A stretch of DNA of 64,000 bases from Candidatus Moraniibacteriota bacterium. GTDB taxonomy: Bacteria > Patescibacteriota > Minisyncoccia > Moranbacterales > GWC2-37-73. Location of the stretch: the NCBI GenBank assembly GCA_003507445.1, contig DNVR01000019.1:142132-206131 (forward strand), read 5' to 3'. Below the pieces are notes generated by a model. The model saw nothing but the letters and a program-made list of their open reading frames with translations. It was not told the origin of the DNA and searched no databases. A program made the position numbers and the translations under genes. This document shows positions 8,915 to 19,032 of this stretch, one piece after another (position 1 is the stretch's first letter; the number at the start of each line of letters is the position of its first letter).

Positions 8915-10675
8915 TTATTTCTTTTCCTTAATTTCTTTTAACATTTTTTCGATGAATTCGTCAACTGGGAGGGTTTGTTGTTCTTTGGTTCCGCGAGTTC
9001 GAATTGCTACTGTTTTGTCATTAACTTCTTTTTCTCCAACCACAATAATATACGGAGTTTTCATTTTTTCAGCCAAGGAAATTCTTTTTCCAAGTGATTC
9101 AGCTTGATCATACATTTCAATTCTGATTTCATTTTCCAATAATTTATTCTTAATTTCTTCGGCATAATCTGCAAATTTTTCAGAAATTGGCAGAACGGCA
9201 ACTTGAACAGGGGAAAGCCAAAGTGGAAATGCTCCAGCAAAGTGTTCGATGAGGAGCATCATAAATCTTTCGTAGGATCCCAAAATTGCTCGATGCACCA
9301 TAACTGGAGAAGATTTTCCTCCTTCGTTATTGGTATATTCCAACTCAAATCTCTTTGGAGTAGCAAAATCAAGTTGTACTGTTGGAATTTGAATTTCTTT
9401 GCCAAGAGAATCTTGAAACATAAAATCTAATTTTGGACCATAAAGCGCAGCTTCTCCTTCGTGCTTAACAGCATTTAGACCCATTTCATCTGAAATGTCC
9501 TGGAGCATTTTTTCGCAAACATCCCAATCAGCAGCTTCGCCAATATATTTTTCTGGATGAGCATAATCTCGCACTGAAAGTGAAACACTGTGATTTTCCC
9601 ACATTCCCAATGAAGTATAAAAATTTTGGATAATTTCTACCATATTTTTTACTTCTTGCTTGACTTGATCGACAGTGCAGAAACTGTGACCATCTTCAAC
9701 TGTGATTGCAATTACACGTTGAAGGCCACCAATTTCTCCGGGCTTTTCATCGCGATATTGCTTTTCACTTTCCATATAACGAATAGGAAGGTCTCGATAT
9801 GAACGAGCTTTGGAAGCAAAAATTTGAGTTTGATGCGGGCATTGCACTGGTTTCATCACATAATTTTGCTTGTAATGTGATGTCACTTGAAAAAGTTCAT
9901 CTCCAAATTTCTGAGCATGTCCTGATTTTTCATATAAATCTATTTTAGCCAAGTGAGGAGTTGAAACTTTTTGAAAACCGTATCCTCGGCAAACTTTTTC
10001 AATATGCTTTTGCAATTCGTCTTTGATAATGGTTCCGTTTGGAGTAAAAAGTGGAAGCCCTGGTCCAACTAAATCTGAAAAACAAAACAAATCTAATTCT
10101 TTGCCAAGTTTTCTATGATCTCTTTTTGCTGCTTCTTCAACAAGGTGGAAATAATTTTTGAGTCCTTCTTTATTTTCAAATACTACTCCATAAATTCTTT
10201 GTAGTTGTTGTTTTTCGGCATCTCCTTTCCAATATGCTCCAGAAATTTTTGTGAGTGCAAAAGCATTGTGCTGAATTTTGCCAGTTGATTCGATGTGTGG
10301 TCCAGAGCAGAGATCCACAAAATGTCCAGATTTATAAATTGTTACAGTTTCATTTCCAGTCTTATGAAGATCATCAATAAGTTCCAGTTTTAAAGTTTGA
10401 TCAAGCTCTTTGAATTTTTCCAATGCCTGCTCAACAGAAACATCAGCTTTTTCAAATGCGTGGTTTGCTTTTATTATTGCTTTCATTTTTTCTTCCAATA
10501 ATGGAAGATCTTCCGGAATCAAAGTTCGTGGAAGCTCAAAATCATAATAAAAACCATTTTCCACAGCCGGTCCAATTCCAAATTTTGCCTCTGGAAACAT
10601 TTCCAAAACAGCAGCAGCTAAGATGTGAGCAGTAGAGTGGCGGAGCAATTCAAGATTTTTCGTGTCGTTTTTCAT
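8915..10675 (-). CDS. thrS: Threonine--tRNA ligase (no TGS domain)
   Basis: RHSTAH, DLCSGPH, RDHRKLG, YGPKLD, HRAILGSYERF. Confidence 0.98.
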   Translation of the reverse strand: MKNDTKNLELLRHSTAHILAAAVLEMFPEAKFGIGPAVENGFYYDFELPRTLIPEDLPLLEEKMKAIIKANHAFEKADVSVEQALEKFKELDQTLKLELIDDLHKTGNETVTIYKSGHFVDLCSGPHIESTGKIQHNAFALTKISGAYWKGDAEKQQLQRIYGVVFENKEGLKNYFHLVEEAAKRDHRKLGKELDLFCFSDLVGPGLPLFTPNGTIIKDELQKHIEKVCRGYGFQKVSTPHLAKIDLYEKSGHAQKFGDELFQVTSHYKQNYVMKPVQCPHQTQIFASKARSYRDLPIRYMESEKQYRDEKPGEIGGLQRVIAITVEDGHSFCTVDQVKQEVKNMVEIIQNFYTSLGMWENHSVSLSVRDYAHPEKYIGEAADWDVCEKMLQDISDEMGLNAVKHEGEAALYGPKLDFMFQDSLGKEIQIPTVQLDFATPKRFELEYTNNEGGKSSPVMVHRAILGSYERFMMLLIEHFAGAFPLWLSPVQVAVLPISEKFADYAEEIKNKLLENEIRIEMYDQAESLGKRISLAEKMKTPYIIVVGEKEVNDKTVAIRTRGTKEQQTLPVDEFIEKMLKEIKEKK

Positions 10676-10703
10676 AAAAATAAAGTTAATGATTTATATA
10701 CTA

Positions 10704-10820
10704 TTTTTAATTCCTAATTCCTAATTTCTAATATCTAATAAAATCTTAATTTCAAATGCCAAAATTTAGTCATTAAAAATTGGAAATTGTTTAGAAATTA
10801 GAAATTAGAAATTAGAAATT
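10704..10820. repeat. Inverted-heptamer element (TTTCTAA)n..(TTAGAAA)n
   Basis: Five heptamers, spacer, then four inverted heptamers; family members at 15823, 19033, 29281 and 59178. Confidence 0.8.
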
Positions 10821-10829
10821 TTGATTCTA

Positions 10830-11005
10830 AATAAAAAAATACTCAAACAATACAGAAGAAACAATTAATGTTTCCGCATCGAGACTCTATCTGACGATAG
10901 GGTGGTTCCACTCGATTTCCCGTATTATTTGGGCACTTTGTGCGCTTATTCGCAAGCAGCTTAACCGGAAGCCTGTGCGCGGGTTGGTAAGCCGCAGCTC
11001 CATTT
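10830..11005 (-). promoter_or_regulatory. T-box riboswitch leader of thrS
   Basis: Antiterminator CGAG-TGGAACC-ACCCTAT..ATAGAGT-CTCG, overlapping terminator ending in a T-run, ACC in the 5' stem-loop, TTGACT/TATACT promoter at 11018-11045. Confidence 0.8.
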
Positions 11006-11126
11006 GATTGTATTTCAAGTATAGATAATTATTATAAAAAGTCAATATCTTTATTCTCCTGTTGCATTTTTTTGATAGTATGTTTGAATGATCGCAGTTG
11101 TTTAAAGTTATTTTGCAAGGGGCATT

Positions 11127-11453
11127 ATGAGTGAGTTAGGTAGTAATGCAATTGGAAGTGTTCTTTTGACTCTGATAAGAGGTGAAATGTCACCTGTGCC
11201 AATGAGCATTGTGACGGAGTGTGGAAAAAGCTTTTTGGGAATGGAATTTTATGAAGGTTCGGGAGAGATAAGGGAGGGAGCTGATGGAGATATTGCTGAA
11301 ATTATTTTTTTAGCGATGGGATTGGATGGTGATAGGGGATATTTTCGCTGGCTGAAGTTTGGAGAAACTGCTCAATTTCAATCGCCCGTGAAATATTACA
11401 AAATCCTCGATATTGCAAGAATGAATATTGGTTATAAACCCCCTGGTTTTTAA
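11127..11453 (+). CDS. Hypothetical protein
   Basis: 108 aa ORF with AAGGGG upstream and a terminator hairpin at about 11472-11517. Confidence 0.6.
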   Translation: MSELGSNAIGSVLLTLIRGEMSPVPMSIVTECGKSFLGMEFYEGSGEIREGADGDIAEIIFLAMGLDGDRGYFRWLKFGETAQFQSPVKYYKILDIARMNIGYKPPGF

Positions 11454-11664
11454 GTTTTCCTTCTGATATATGCCACTTATTTTTCAATTAAAATCTGGAA
11501 AATAAGTGGTTTTTTTTATTAAAATATATTATATATTACAATATTTCAGTATATTGTAATATTATTTTAGATATGCTAATTCTGGCATAGTTAGTAAAAA
11601 ATGCTTGCACATTTTTATATGTGTGCTAGAAATTATGTATCCTAATAAAAAGGAGGTGAGTTCA

Positions 11665-12201
11665 TTGAAAAAACAAAAAAGTCTTCCAGAGGCTGGAGTA
11701 GTTTTTGTAAAAGACGAAAATGGACGGTATTTTCTGGCGGAAAAAGTTATAGGTAGAGATGAAAATGAGGAAAAAATTGGAGAAGGTAGGTTAAATGGAC
11801 TTGGTGGCGGACGTAATCTAAAAGAAACTCAAAAAGAAGCCATAATAAGGGAAGCGCTAGAGGAGTATGGTTTTATTTTGCATAAAAAAAGTATACATTT
11901 GAAAGCTATAGTTTTTTGTTGCAATGAAAAAAATGACGGAAGTGTTTTTATATGTAAGCTGTATGTCTTTGTGGCAACCAAGTGGAAAGGAATAATCTCG
12001 GCTTCTGATGAAATGATCAATGGAGAGTGGTTTCTGAAAGAAGATGTTCCATATGATCAAATGATTGTAACCGACAAGGATTGGTTGCCATTTGTCTTTG
12101 ACGGAGAATCGCTCTATGCATGGGTTTTCTTGCGAAATTCACAACGTGAAAAAACCAGGGAAACACAAATTAAGTTCGTGAAAAATCTTTCTTGTACTTG
12201 A
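11665..12201 (+). CDS. NUDIX hydrolase (MutT/MTH1-like)
   Basis: NGLGGG..ETQKEAIIREALEEYG Nudix box, SDEM, PYDQM..DKDWLP; TTG start after AGGAGGTGA. Confidence 0.85.
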   Translation: MKKQKSLPEAGVVFVKDENGRYFLAEKVIGRDENEEKIGEGRLNGLGGGRNLKETQKEAIIREALEEYGFILHKKSIHLKAIVFCCNEKNDGSVFICKLYVFVATKWKGIISASDEMINGEWFLKEDVPYDQMIVTDKDWLPFVFDGESLYAWVFLRNSQREKTRETQIKFVKNLSCT

Positions 12202-12238
12202 ATAAATCCGCATGTTTAAAAAGCATAGCGGATTTTTT

Positions 12239-15200
12239 TTAAGCTAGTTCAGCATTGCCACCGTTAACTATTGTTTTGATTTCGTCCAAAAGCGTTGGGC
12301 TGTGCTCGATGGAAAAAGGTGTTTCAAGTTTATTTTCTTGATGATGTAGAAATACTTTGCATTGTCCAGCGGTGCAAGTGTTGAAAAATTTTGATAAATT
12401 GTGAATTATCTCTGGTGTTGCATTTCGTGGCAGAGTAACTATTAATTTTCTCATTGCTTGTTTGGTTGAATTGTTGTCAATGGTTTGTTGATGATTGCCG
12501 CTGTCTCCACTTGGAGTGGGTGGTTCATTTTTATTATCATCATCTTCATCTTTCACGCCGTAAGTTTTTTTTGTTGCTTCAACGCGCAAATAATTTTCAA
12601 TTTCACCTCGATTGAGTTCCTTGGCTTCATCGACAATTAATTTGTAAACGCCATCCTTATCAGAAAGTCTACCTTCTGCAATAATCATCCTTTCTTCTTC
12701 CCAAACACTTCCAATGCGTTCAAGAACTTTTGGAAAAACCAAAACTTCAATTTTTCCTTTGGTATCTTCAAGCATCACAAAAAGCATGGTCTCTTGTCGT
12801 TTGGTTAAAATCTTTTGAATTTTTTGGATTACTCCACCGACAGCAATTTTTTGTCCAACCAGTTCAGGAGTTAATTTGTCGAGTGAAACTGCGACTTTGT
12901 CGATGTATGCTTGATATTCCTTAACGGGATGTCCACTGACGTAAAGCCCAAGCAATTCCTTTTCCCATTTCAATTGTTGTCTTTTTGAAGCAGGCTCAAC
13001 TTCTAGAAGAGGAACTTGCGGAGTTTCCAAAATAGCCTCTCCAAACAAACTTACTTGGTTTGAATTTTTTGATTTCTGCACACTTTTTGTGAACATCAGA
13101 ATTTGTTCCATACTTTCCACGATTTGATTTCGTTCTCCGAGTTCATCAAGTGCTCCAACTTTTGCCAGAGCGTCGATGGATTTTTTGTTGAGATCTTTTG
13201 TTTCGACGCGTTCCAAGAAATCGCCAAGTGATTTGAATTTTCCATTTCTTTTTCTTTCTTTCACAATCTCACTGGCAATCACGTGACCAACATTTTTAAT
13301 GGCATTAAATCCAAAGCGAATGCTTTCAGTTCCGTCTGCTGCTGTGATCACGGCAAAATCTTCAAAACTTTCGTTTACATTTGGCGCAAGAACTTTAATG
13401 CCCATATCGTGACATTCAGCTGCTTCGATTGCAATGCGATCAATGTTATCCTGATCTGATGTTTGCAGGGCTGCCATAAAAGCAGCAGGGTAATGAGCTT
13501 TGAGATATGCTGTTTGATATCCGATGATGGCATAACAAGCTGCGTGAGAGCGATTGAAACCATAACCAGCAAATGGTTCGATGAAGGAAAAAACTTTTTC
13601 AGCAATTTCTTTTGTGCTTCCATTGGCAATGCAGCCTTCCACGAATTTTATTTTTTGTTCCTTAATCAATTCAAAGATTTTCTTTCCCATTGCTTTTCGA
13701 AGCACATCAGCTTCGCCCATAGTAAATCCTGCCAAATCGCGAGCAATTTGCATAACTTGTTCTTGATATACGGCCACACCATAGGTATTTTTCAAAATTG
13801 GCTCAAGCTTCGGATGAACATATTTTATTTTTCGTCCGTGTTTGCCGGAAATAAAATCAGGAATCCAATCCATCGGTCCTGGACGATACAATGCCACCAT
13901 TGCAATGATATCTTCAATGACTGTTGGTTTTAGCATCTTGAGGTAACGTTTCATTCCGGAACTTTCCAATTGAAAAACTCCAGTCGTTCGCGCTTCTTGC
14001 AAAAGTTCATATGTCTTAGCATCATCAATAGGAATGGTATCAATATCGATGTCGATGCCTTTGGTTTTTTTGACAATGCGGAGTGTGTTTTGGATGATGG
14101 TAAGATTTTTTAATCCCAAAAAGTCCATCTTGAGTAATCCAATTTTTTCCACATAAGAAGATTTGGTTGAAGATGAATATTGAGTCACGGTGCCTTCACG
14201 CGACCCCGTGATGTTTTGAATAGGGGAATAATACGTTACAGGTTCTTTTGTGATTACAACTCCGCAAGCATGCATTCCGGCGTGCCTGATCACACCTTCC
14301 AATCGCATCGCACTATCAATTAATTTTCGAGCATCAGCGCTTCCATTGTAATGGTCTTTAAATTCAGGCACTTCCTCTAGCGCTTTTTTGATGGAAGTGA
14401 ACATCGGAATCATCTGGGAAGTTTTGTTGCAAAAATCATAGGGGATACCCAGCGCTCTGCCAGTGTCTCGAATAGCAGCGCGAGCCGCCATAGTTCCAAA
14501 AGTGATAATTTGCGAAACGTGATCGTTGCCATATTTTTGGCGCACATAGTTTAAAACATCTTCTCGTCTGTCGTCGGCAAAATCCATATCGACATCGGGC
14601 ATTGAAACGCGTTCTGGATTAAGAAATCGTTCGAAAAGCAAATTATATTCAATTGGATCAACATTTGTAATTCCGGTCAGATAGGAAACGAAACTTCCTG
14701 CGGCGCTTCCGCGTCCTGGTCCAACCACAATTCCATTGGCACGTGCCCAGTTAACAAAATCTTGCACAATCAAAAAGTATGATCCATATCCGCATTTTTC
14801 AATAACAGAAAGTTCATAATCCATACGCGTGCGATGAATGTCTGTGATATTTTCGCCATATTTTTTCTTGAGACCTGTTTCGCAAAGTTCAATCAAATAT
14901 GACATATCAGTGTGACCTTCGGGCACATCGAAATGGGGAAGTTGTGTTTCTCCCATTTTTATTTTGAAATCACACTGATCAACCACGAGCTGGGTGTTGG
15001 AAAGCACTTCAGGATTGTCAGGAAAACCAGCTAAGACTTCCTCAGGACTGCGCAGGGATAAATCAAAATCCATCAAATTCATACGATCAGACTCGTATAC
15101 CTTGCGGTTGGTTTGTACACAAAGCAAGATGTCCTGCGCGCTGGCATCTTCTTTGTTGACGTAATGCACGTCATTAGTAGCGACAACTGGGATACCTAGT

Positions 15201-15796
15201 TCCTTGCCTAGTTTAAAAATTCCTTCATTAGCAATTGCTTGATTGGCAAATTTTGCATGACTTTGGACTTCTAGAAAAAAACCATTTTCATCAAAGATAT
15301 CCCTGTATTCCAATGCCAACTCCTTAGCTTTGTCATAATTTCCCATAATTATTTGGGCTGGAATTTCTCCTTCTAAACACGCACTCAGGCCAATTAACCC
15401 TTTGGCATGTTTTCTTAAAAGCTTGCGATCAATACGTGGCTTGTAATAAAAACCATCCAAGTGTGCAACAGAAACAAGTTTCATAAGATTGTGATAACCA
15501 ACCTCGTCTTTTACGAGCAAAATCAAATGGTATCTTTTGCGGTTTTCAGCTGTGGCGTCCTTGGAAGTGTAATCGCCGGCAGTCACATACATTTCGCAGC
15601 CAATGATAGCTTTGATTCCTTTTTCTTTGGCCTTGATAAAAAGTTCCACCGCACCATACATCACGCCATGATCAGTCAGAGCGATTGATTCCATTCCTAA
15701 TTCCTTGGCGCGATCAAGCAGATCATCGACTTTGCCGAGACCATCAAGAAGACTGTAGTGGGAATGGACGTGGAGATGAGTATACTTTAGAGACAT
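12239..15796 (-). CDS. dnaE: DNA polymerase III alpha subunit
   Basis: HLHVHSHYSLLDG PHP domain, GPGRGSAAGS, FLNPERVSMPDVDMDF, YGFNRSH, OB fold. Confidence 0.99.
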   Translation of the reverse strand: MSLKYTHLHVHSHYSLLDGLGKVDDLLDRAKELGMESIALTDHGVMYGAVELFIKAKEKGIKAIIGCEMYVTAGDYTSKDATAENRKRYHLILLVKDEVGYHNLMKLVSVAHLDGFYYKPRIDRKLLRKHAKGLIGLSACLEGEIPAQIIMGNYDKAKELALEYRDIFDENGFFLEVQSHAKFANQAIANEGIFKLGKELGIPVVATNDVHYVNKEDASAQDILLCVQTNRKVYESDRMNLMDFDLSLRSPEEVLAGFPDNPEVLSNTQLVVDQCDFKIKMGETQLPHFDVPEGHTDMSYLIELCETGLKKKYGENITDIHRTRMDYELSVIEKCGYGSYFLIVQDFVNWARANGIVVGPGRGSAAGSFVSYLTGITNVDPIEYNLLFERFLNPERVSMPDVDMDFADDRREDVLNYVRQKYGNDHVSQIITFGTMAARAAIRDTGRALGIPYDFCNKTSQMIPMFTSIKKALEEVPEFKDHYNGSADARKLIDSAMRLEGVIRHAGMHACGVVITKEPVTYYSPIQNITGSREGTVTQYSSSTKSSYVEKIGLLKMDFLGLKNLTIIQNTLRIVKKTKGIDIDIDTIPIDDAKTYELLQEARTTGVFQLESSGMKRYLKMLKPTVIEDIIAMVALYRPGPMDWIPDFISGKHGRKIKYVHPKLEPILKNTYGVAVYQEQVMQIARDLAGFTMGEADVLRKAMGKKIFELIKEQKIKFVEGCIANGSTKEIAEKVFSFIEPFAGYGFNRSHAACYAIIGYQTAYLKAHYPAAFMAALQTSDQDNIDRIAIEAAECHDMGIKVLAPNVNESFEDFAVITAADGTESIRFGFNAIKNVGHVIASEIVKERKRNGKFKSLGDFLERVETKDLNKKSIDALAKVGALDELGERNQIVESMEQILMFTKSVQKSKNSNQVSLFGEAILETPQVPLLEVEPASKRQQLKWEKELLGLYVSGHPVKEYQAYIDKVAVSLDKLTPELVGQKIAVGGVIQKIQKILTKRQETMLFVMLEDTKGKIEVLVFPKVLERIGSVWEEERMIIAEGRLSDKDGVYKLIVDEAKELNRGEIENYLRVEATKKTYGVKDEDDDNKNEPPTPSGDSGNHQQTIDNNSTKQAMRKLIVTLPRNATPEIIHNLSKFFNTCTAGQCKVFLHHQENKLETPFSIEHSPTLLDEIKTIVNGGNAELA

Positions 15797-15822
15797 AAAT
15801 GAATTTGTGATTTAAAAACAGA

Positions 15823-15932
15823 TCTAAATTTCTAATATCTAATTTCCAATATCTAATTAAATTCTAATTTCAAAGTTTTAAACATTAGACATTTGAAATT
15901 TATTGGGAATTAGAAATTAGGAATTAGAAATT
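15823..15932. repeat. Inverted-heptamer element upstream of dnaE
   Basis: TTTCTAA/TATCTAA/TTTCCAA array..TTAGACATTTGAAA..(TTAGAAA/TTAGGAA)n. Confidence 0.8.
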
Positions 15933-16114
15933 AAAAAACCTCACTATAAATAGTGGGCTATAAAATACAGATATTAAAATGTTGAAATTTAATCTTGTTC
16001 ATATGTTTATGTTATCTTCATCTCCCAGGGACAAAGCCATTGGGTTTTGCAAGATATTTTAATAAATCTATGTTAGCATATTTTTTGAAAAAAGAAAACA
16101 TAGTAGTTTAGGAC

Positions 16115-16236
16115 TTACGCTTTTTCTCAACAATTTCTTATTTGGCACGCTTTTGGATGAATACTCAATATCCAAAAGCTCAAAGAGTCGCTGTCGCCGA
16201 CTATTGTCCAAAAAAGAAATGTTTCGAAATGCGTAA
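16115..16236. repeat. Structured palindromic element related to the 23107/53332 repeats
   Basis: Shares GGCACGCTT..GCT..AAGAGT.CGCTGTCGC core; different but still paired stems. Confidence 0.55.
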
Positions 16237-16334
16237 CTTTTGAAACAGTTCAAAACCTGAAAGTGGATAACTTTTCTTGTAAATATGGTATAATTTAACT
16301 ATTAAGATGGATATTTAAATAGTGGGGTTGTTTA

Positions 16335-16628
16335 ATGTTGGGCATAGATTATAAAAATATGATATTGGGAAAAATTTTTGCCGCAAGTGCTTTAATTGCA
16401 ATAGTTTTAACTTTTTTTGTTGGATACTGGCAAGCTAATTTTCAATTAAATCGGCAAAAGAAGGAAATGGTTGAAATGTCAAAACAGGGAACATTGGGCG
16501 AAATCGAAGCTAGTGGTGGATTTCCTTTAAAGTTTTTTGGTTACGGACTTGCTCAGAAATTTAATGTATTAAATTTTGTGGTAGATATTGTTTTAATGAC
16601 AGTGGTTATTTTTGTGATTCTAAAATAA
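16335..16628 (+). CDS. Small membrane protein
   Basis: Two hydrophobic segments, GGFPL motif. Confidence 0.6.
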   Translation: MLGIDYKNMILGKIFAASALIAIVLTFFVGYWQANFQLNRQKKEMVEMSKQGTLGEIEASGGFPLKFFGYGLAQKFNVLNFVVDIVLMTVVIFVILK

Positions 16629-16765
16629 ATATGAGAACTTTTTGTATCGCTATAATTTTTGTTGTTGCTGTGCAAATTGTTTTCTTTGTGGTATAATTTA
16701 TACGTAAGTTTTAAAAGACTTCAGTTGAATATTGCGCCCTGCACAGTTCAACAAAGTAAACAAAA

Positions 16766-17320
16766 ATGAATAAAAAAATAGCAAGTGAACTTGCAATCGG
16801 AGTGATTTTATTGGCAGCAGTTATTGTCGGAGGAATTTTCTTGGCTCAGGATGTGCGCCAAAGTTTTTTTGGTGGTGCTGCTAAGGGAGAAAATAAACAA
16901 GTGGCTGCGCCAATCAAGCCGGTAGCGCAACCGGAAAAAAAGCAACAGGCAGCTGTTAATGATCCTGAAAATGGAAAATGTGTTGCAAAGCTGTATGAAG
17001 GAGAGGCATCATTGAGAGGCACATATGAATTAACAACAATTCCTGGTTCAACAAAAAAGGATTGGATGTTTAAAATTGTAAAAGAGGATATTGAAAAATT
17101 GCCAGACCCAGCTAAGGAAGAAAAAAATGGAATTATAAGTAGCCTGCTTTTTATTGAAGATTTGACTCCAGCATTAGCTGCAAAACTTAAAAAGGCCACC
17201 GAAGAGAAACCAGAGACAATAACCATAAAAGGATTCTATCTTGATTGTGAAGGTGTTTCAGTTGTCAGCATTGAGCCTGCGCGATTAGCATTGGCAAAAT
17301 ATATTAAAAAAACGAATTAA
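16766..17320 (+). CDS. Exported or membrane-anchored hypothetical protein
   Basis: N-terminal KK plus hydrophobic helix; terminator at about 17344-17374. Confidence 0.75.
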   Translation: MNKKIASELAIGVILLAAVIVGGIFLAQDVRQSFFGGAAKGENKQVAAPIKPVAQPEKKQQAAVNDPENGKCVAKLYEGEASLRGTYELTTIPGSTKKDWMFKIVKEDIEKLPDPAKEEKNGIISSLLFIEDLTPALAAKLKKATEEKPETITIKGFYLDCEGVSVVSIEPARLALAKYIKKTN

Positions 17321-17413
17321 CGATGATCCATATTTGTTTTATGAAAAACACTGTCATTTATTGATAGTGTTTTTAAATTTGCATATGCGGCGGGCGGGCG
17401 GTATACTGCTTTT

Positions 17414-18109
17414 ATGGAAACTTCGACTTTTATTTTAGAAAAAGATTTTGCTAATCAGGGATTCACTCATATTATTGGAACTGATGAGGTTGGTCGTGGG
17501 CCGCTTTGTGGTCCTGTTTTGGCGTGCGCTGCAATGTTTAAGGATATTAATTTCGAAATTCCCGCTGATAAACAAAAGCAATTCGATCTTATTCGGGATT
17601 CTAAAAAAGTTTCAGAAAAACAGCGCGAAGAGATTTTTGATTTTATTAATGAGCATTTTTATATTGGCATCGGACTTTGCGACCATATAACAATTGACAG
17701 GATTAATATTTTGGAAGCTAGTTTTTTGTCAATGAAAAAAGCGGTTTCGGATTTGATCCGAAACAAGTCAAAAGTTGAAAGTCAAAAGTTGAAAGTTGAG
17801 GAAAGGATTATAATTCTCGTGGATGGGAATAAGGTTATTCCTAATCTCTCTATGGAGCAATATGCTGTGGTAGGAGGGGATAAATTGGTAAAATCCATTT
17901 CGGCAGCTTCAATTGTGGCAAAAGTGACGCGCGATCGGATGATGCAAGAAATGCACGTTAAATATCCACAATATGGCTTGGATAAGCATAAAGGTTATGG
18001 CACAAAGATGCATATGGACGCTCTGATTAAATATGGACCCTGTGAGATTCATCGAAAATCCTTTGCACCAGTCAAAAAAGCCTTAAACAGGGCAACTCTT
18101 GCCAGATAA
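17414..18109 (+). CDS. rnhB: Ribonuclease HII
   Basis: GTDEVGRGPL, DSKK, VDGN, SAASIVAKVTRD, HKGYGT, HRKSF. Confidence 0.97.
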   Translation: METSTFILEKDFANQGFTHIIGTDEVGRGPLCGPVLACAAMFKDINFEIPADKQKQFDLIRDSKKVSEKQREEIFDFINEHFYIGIGLCDHITIDRINILEASFLSMKKAVSDLIRNKSKVESQKLKVEERIIILVDGNKVIPNLSMEQYAVVGGDKLVKSISAASIVAKVTRDRMMQEMHVKYPQYGLDKHKGYGTKMHMDALIKYGPCEIHRKSFAPVKKALNRATLAR

Positions 18110-18190
18110 AAGATTGCGTGTTATCATAATCTTGATATTTTATAATTATATTTTGTGAAGCAAAGGACAAGGAAAAGACTGAAATATGCA

Positions 18191-18225
18191 GGACTTTTGA
18201 CTTTTGACTTTTGACTTTTGACTTA
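18191..18225. repeat. Heptamer tandem array (GACTTTT)n upstream of rpmF
   Basis: About five units ending a few nt before the ATG. Confidence 0.8.
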
Positions 18226-18230
18226 AACTA

Positions 18231-18428
18231 ATGTCAGTACCAAAACAACGTCACACTAAACAACGACGAGATGCCAAGCGTGATCGCTTTGCAATTGAAA
18301 CTGTAAAAACTCAAACTTGCACAAAATGTGGCAAGGAAAAACTTGCGCACAGAGTTTGCACTCACTGTGGATTTTACAAGGGAAATGAAGTTGTAAACAC
18401 AATCAAAAAAGTAGCAAAAAAGAAATAA
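18231..18428 (+). CDS. rpmF: 50S ribosomal protein L32
   Basis: MSVPKQRHTK, CTKC..HRVCTHCGFYKG. Confidence 0.96.
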   Translation: MSVPKQRHTKQRRDAKRDRFAIETVKTQTCTKCGKEKLAHRVCTHCGFYKGNEVVNTIKKVAKKK

Positions 18429-18436
18429 AAATAAAC

Positions 18437-18518
18437 AATACGAATTAGTATGCGAATTAAATCCGAATTAAAAACGAATTCGGATAAGATTCGGATATAA
18501 TTTGGATTAATATTCGTA
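18437..18518. repeat. Inverted array of ~11-12 nt units (CGAATTA..ATTCGGA)
   Basis: Four CGAATT units followed by four inverted ATTCG/ATTTG units directly before nusB. Confidence 0.7.
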
Positions 18519-18519
18519 T

Positions 18520-19026
18520 ATGGCGAACAGGCACCTTCAAAGATCAGTAGCAATGCAGGCTCTTTTTGAGTGGGATTTTCAAGGTAAGCATGATGAACAA
18601 ATTTCTGATATTGTGGCGCGCAATGTCTCGGAATTTGCTCCGGGAATTGAGGACTGCGAATTTGTAAAAGCGCTTGCAAAAGGAACGCTTGAAAAACGAG
18701 CAACTATTGATGCACTGATTGAAAAATGTGCTCCTGAATGGCCGTTGGAACAAGTGACGATTATTGATCGCAACATTCTTCGCCTGGGGATATATGAACT
18801 TATGCATGGCAATTATGGTGAAGTTCCTCCAAAAGTTGCCATCAATGAATCTATTGAACTTGCCAAAACTTTTGGCGGCGAAAGTTCTGCCCGCTTTGTA
18901 AATGGTGTGCTGGGCACGATTTATCGCGAAATGGGCGAACCAATGAAAGATGATAGTACAAAAAAACACAAGGAAGTTGTGGAGACTGAGATTACGAAAG
19001 ACGAAAGTGTAAGTGCTGTTGAATAA
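18520..19026 (+). CDS. nusB: Transcription antitermination factor NusB
   Basis: [33 protein letters not shown]. Confidence 0.97.
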   Translation: MANRHLQRSVAMQALFEWDFQGKHDEQISDIVARNVSEFAPGIEDCEFVKALAKGTLEKRATIDALIEKCAPEWPLEQVTIIDRNILRLGIYELMHGNYGEVPPKVAINESIELAKTFGGESSARFVNGVLGTIYREMGEPMKDDSTKKHKEVVETEITKDESVSAVE

Positions 19027-19032
19027 TAAAAT

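Noticed and set aside
12239-15796. Intein or split in dnaE
   Set aside because: Normal length and continuous motifs; only a low-complexity linker near the C-terminus
16631-16696. 21-aa hydrophobic ORF MRTFCIAIIFVVAVQIVFFVV
   Set aside because: T-rich sequence overlapping a TGGTATAAT promoter box; no independent support
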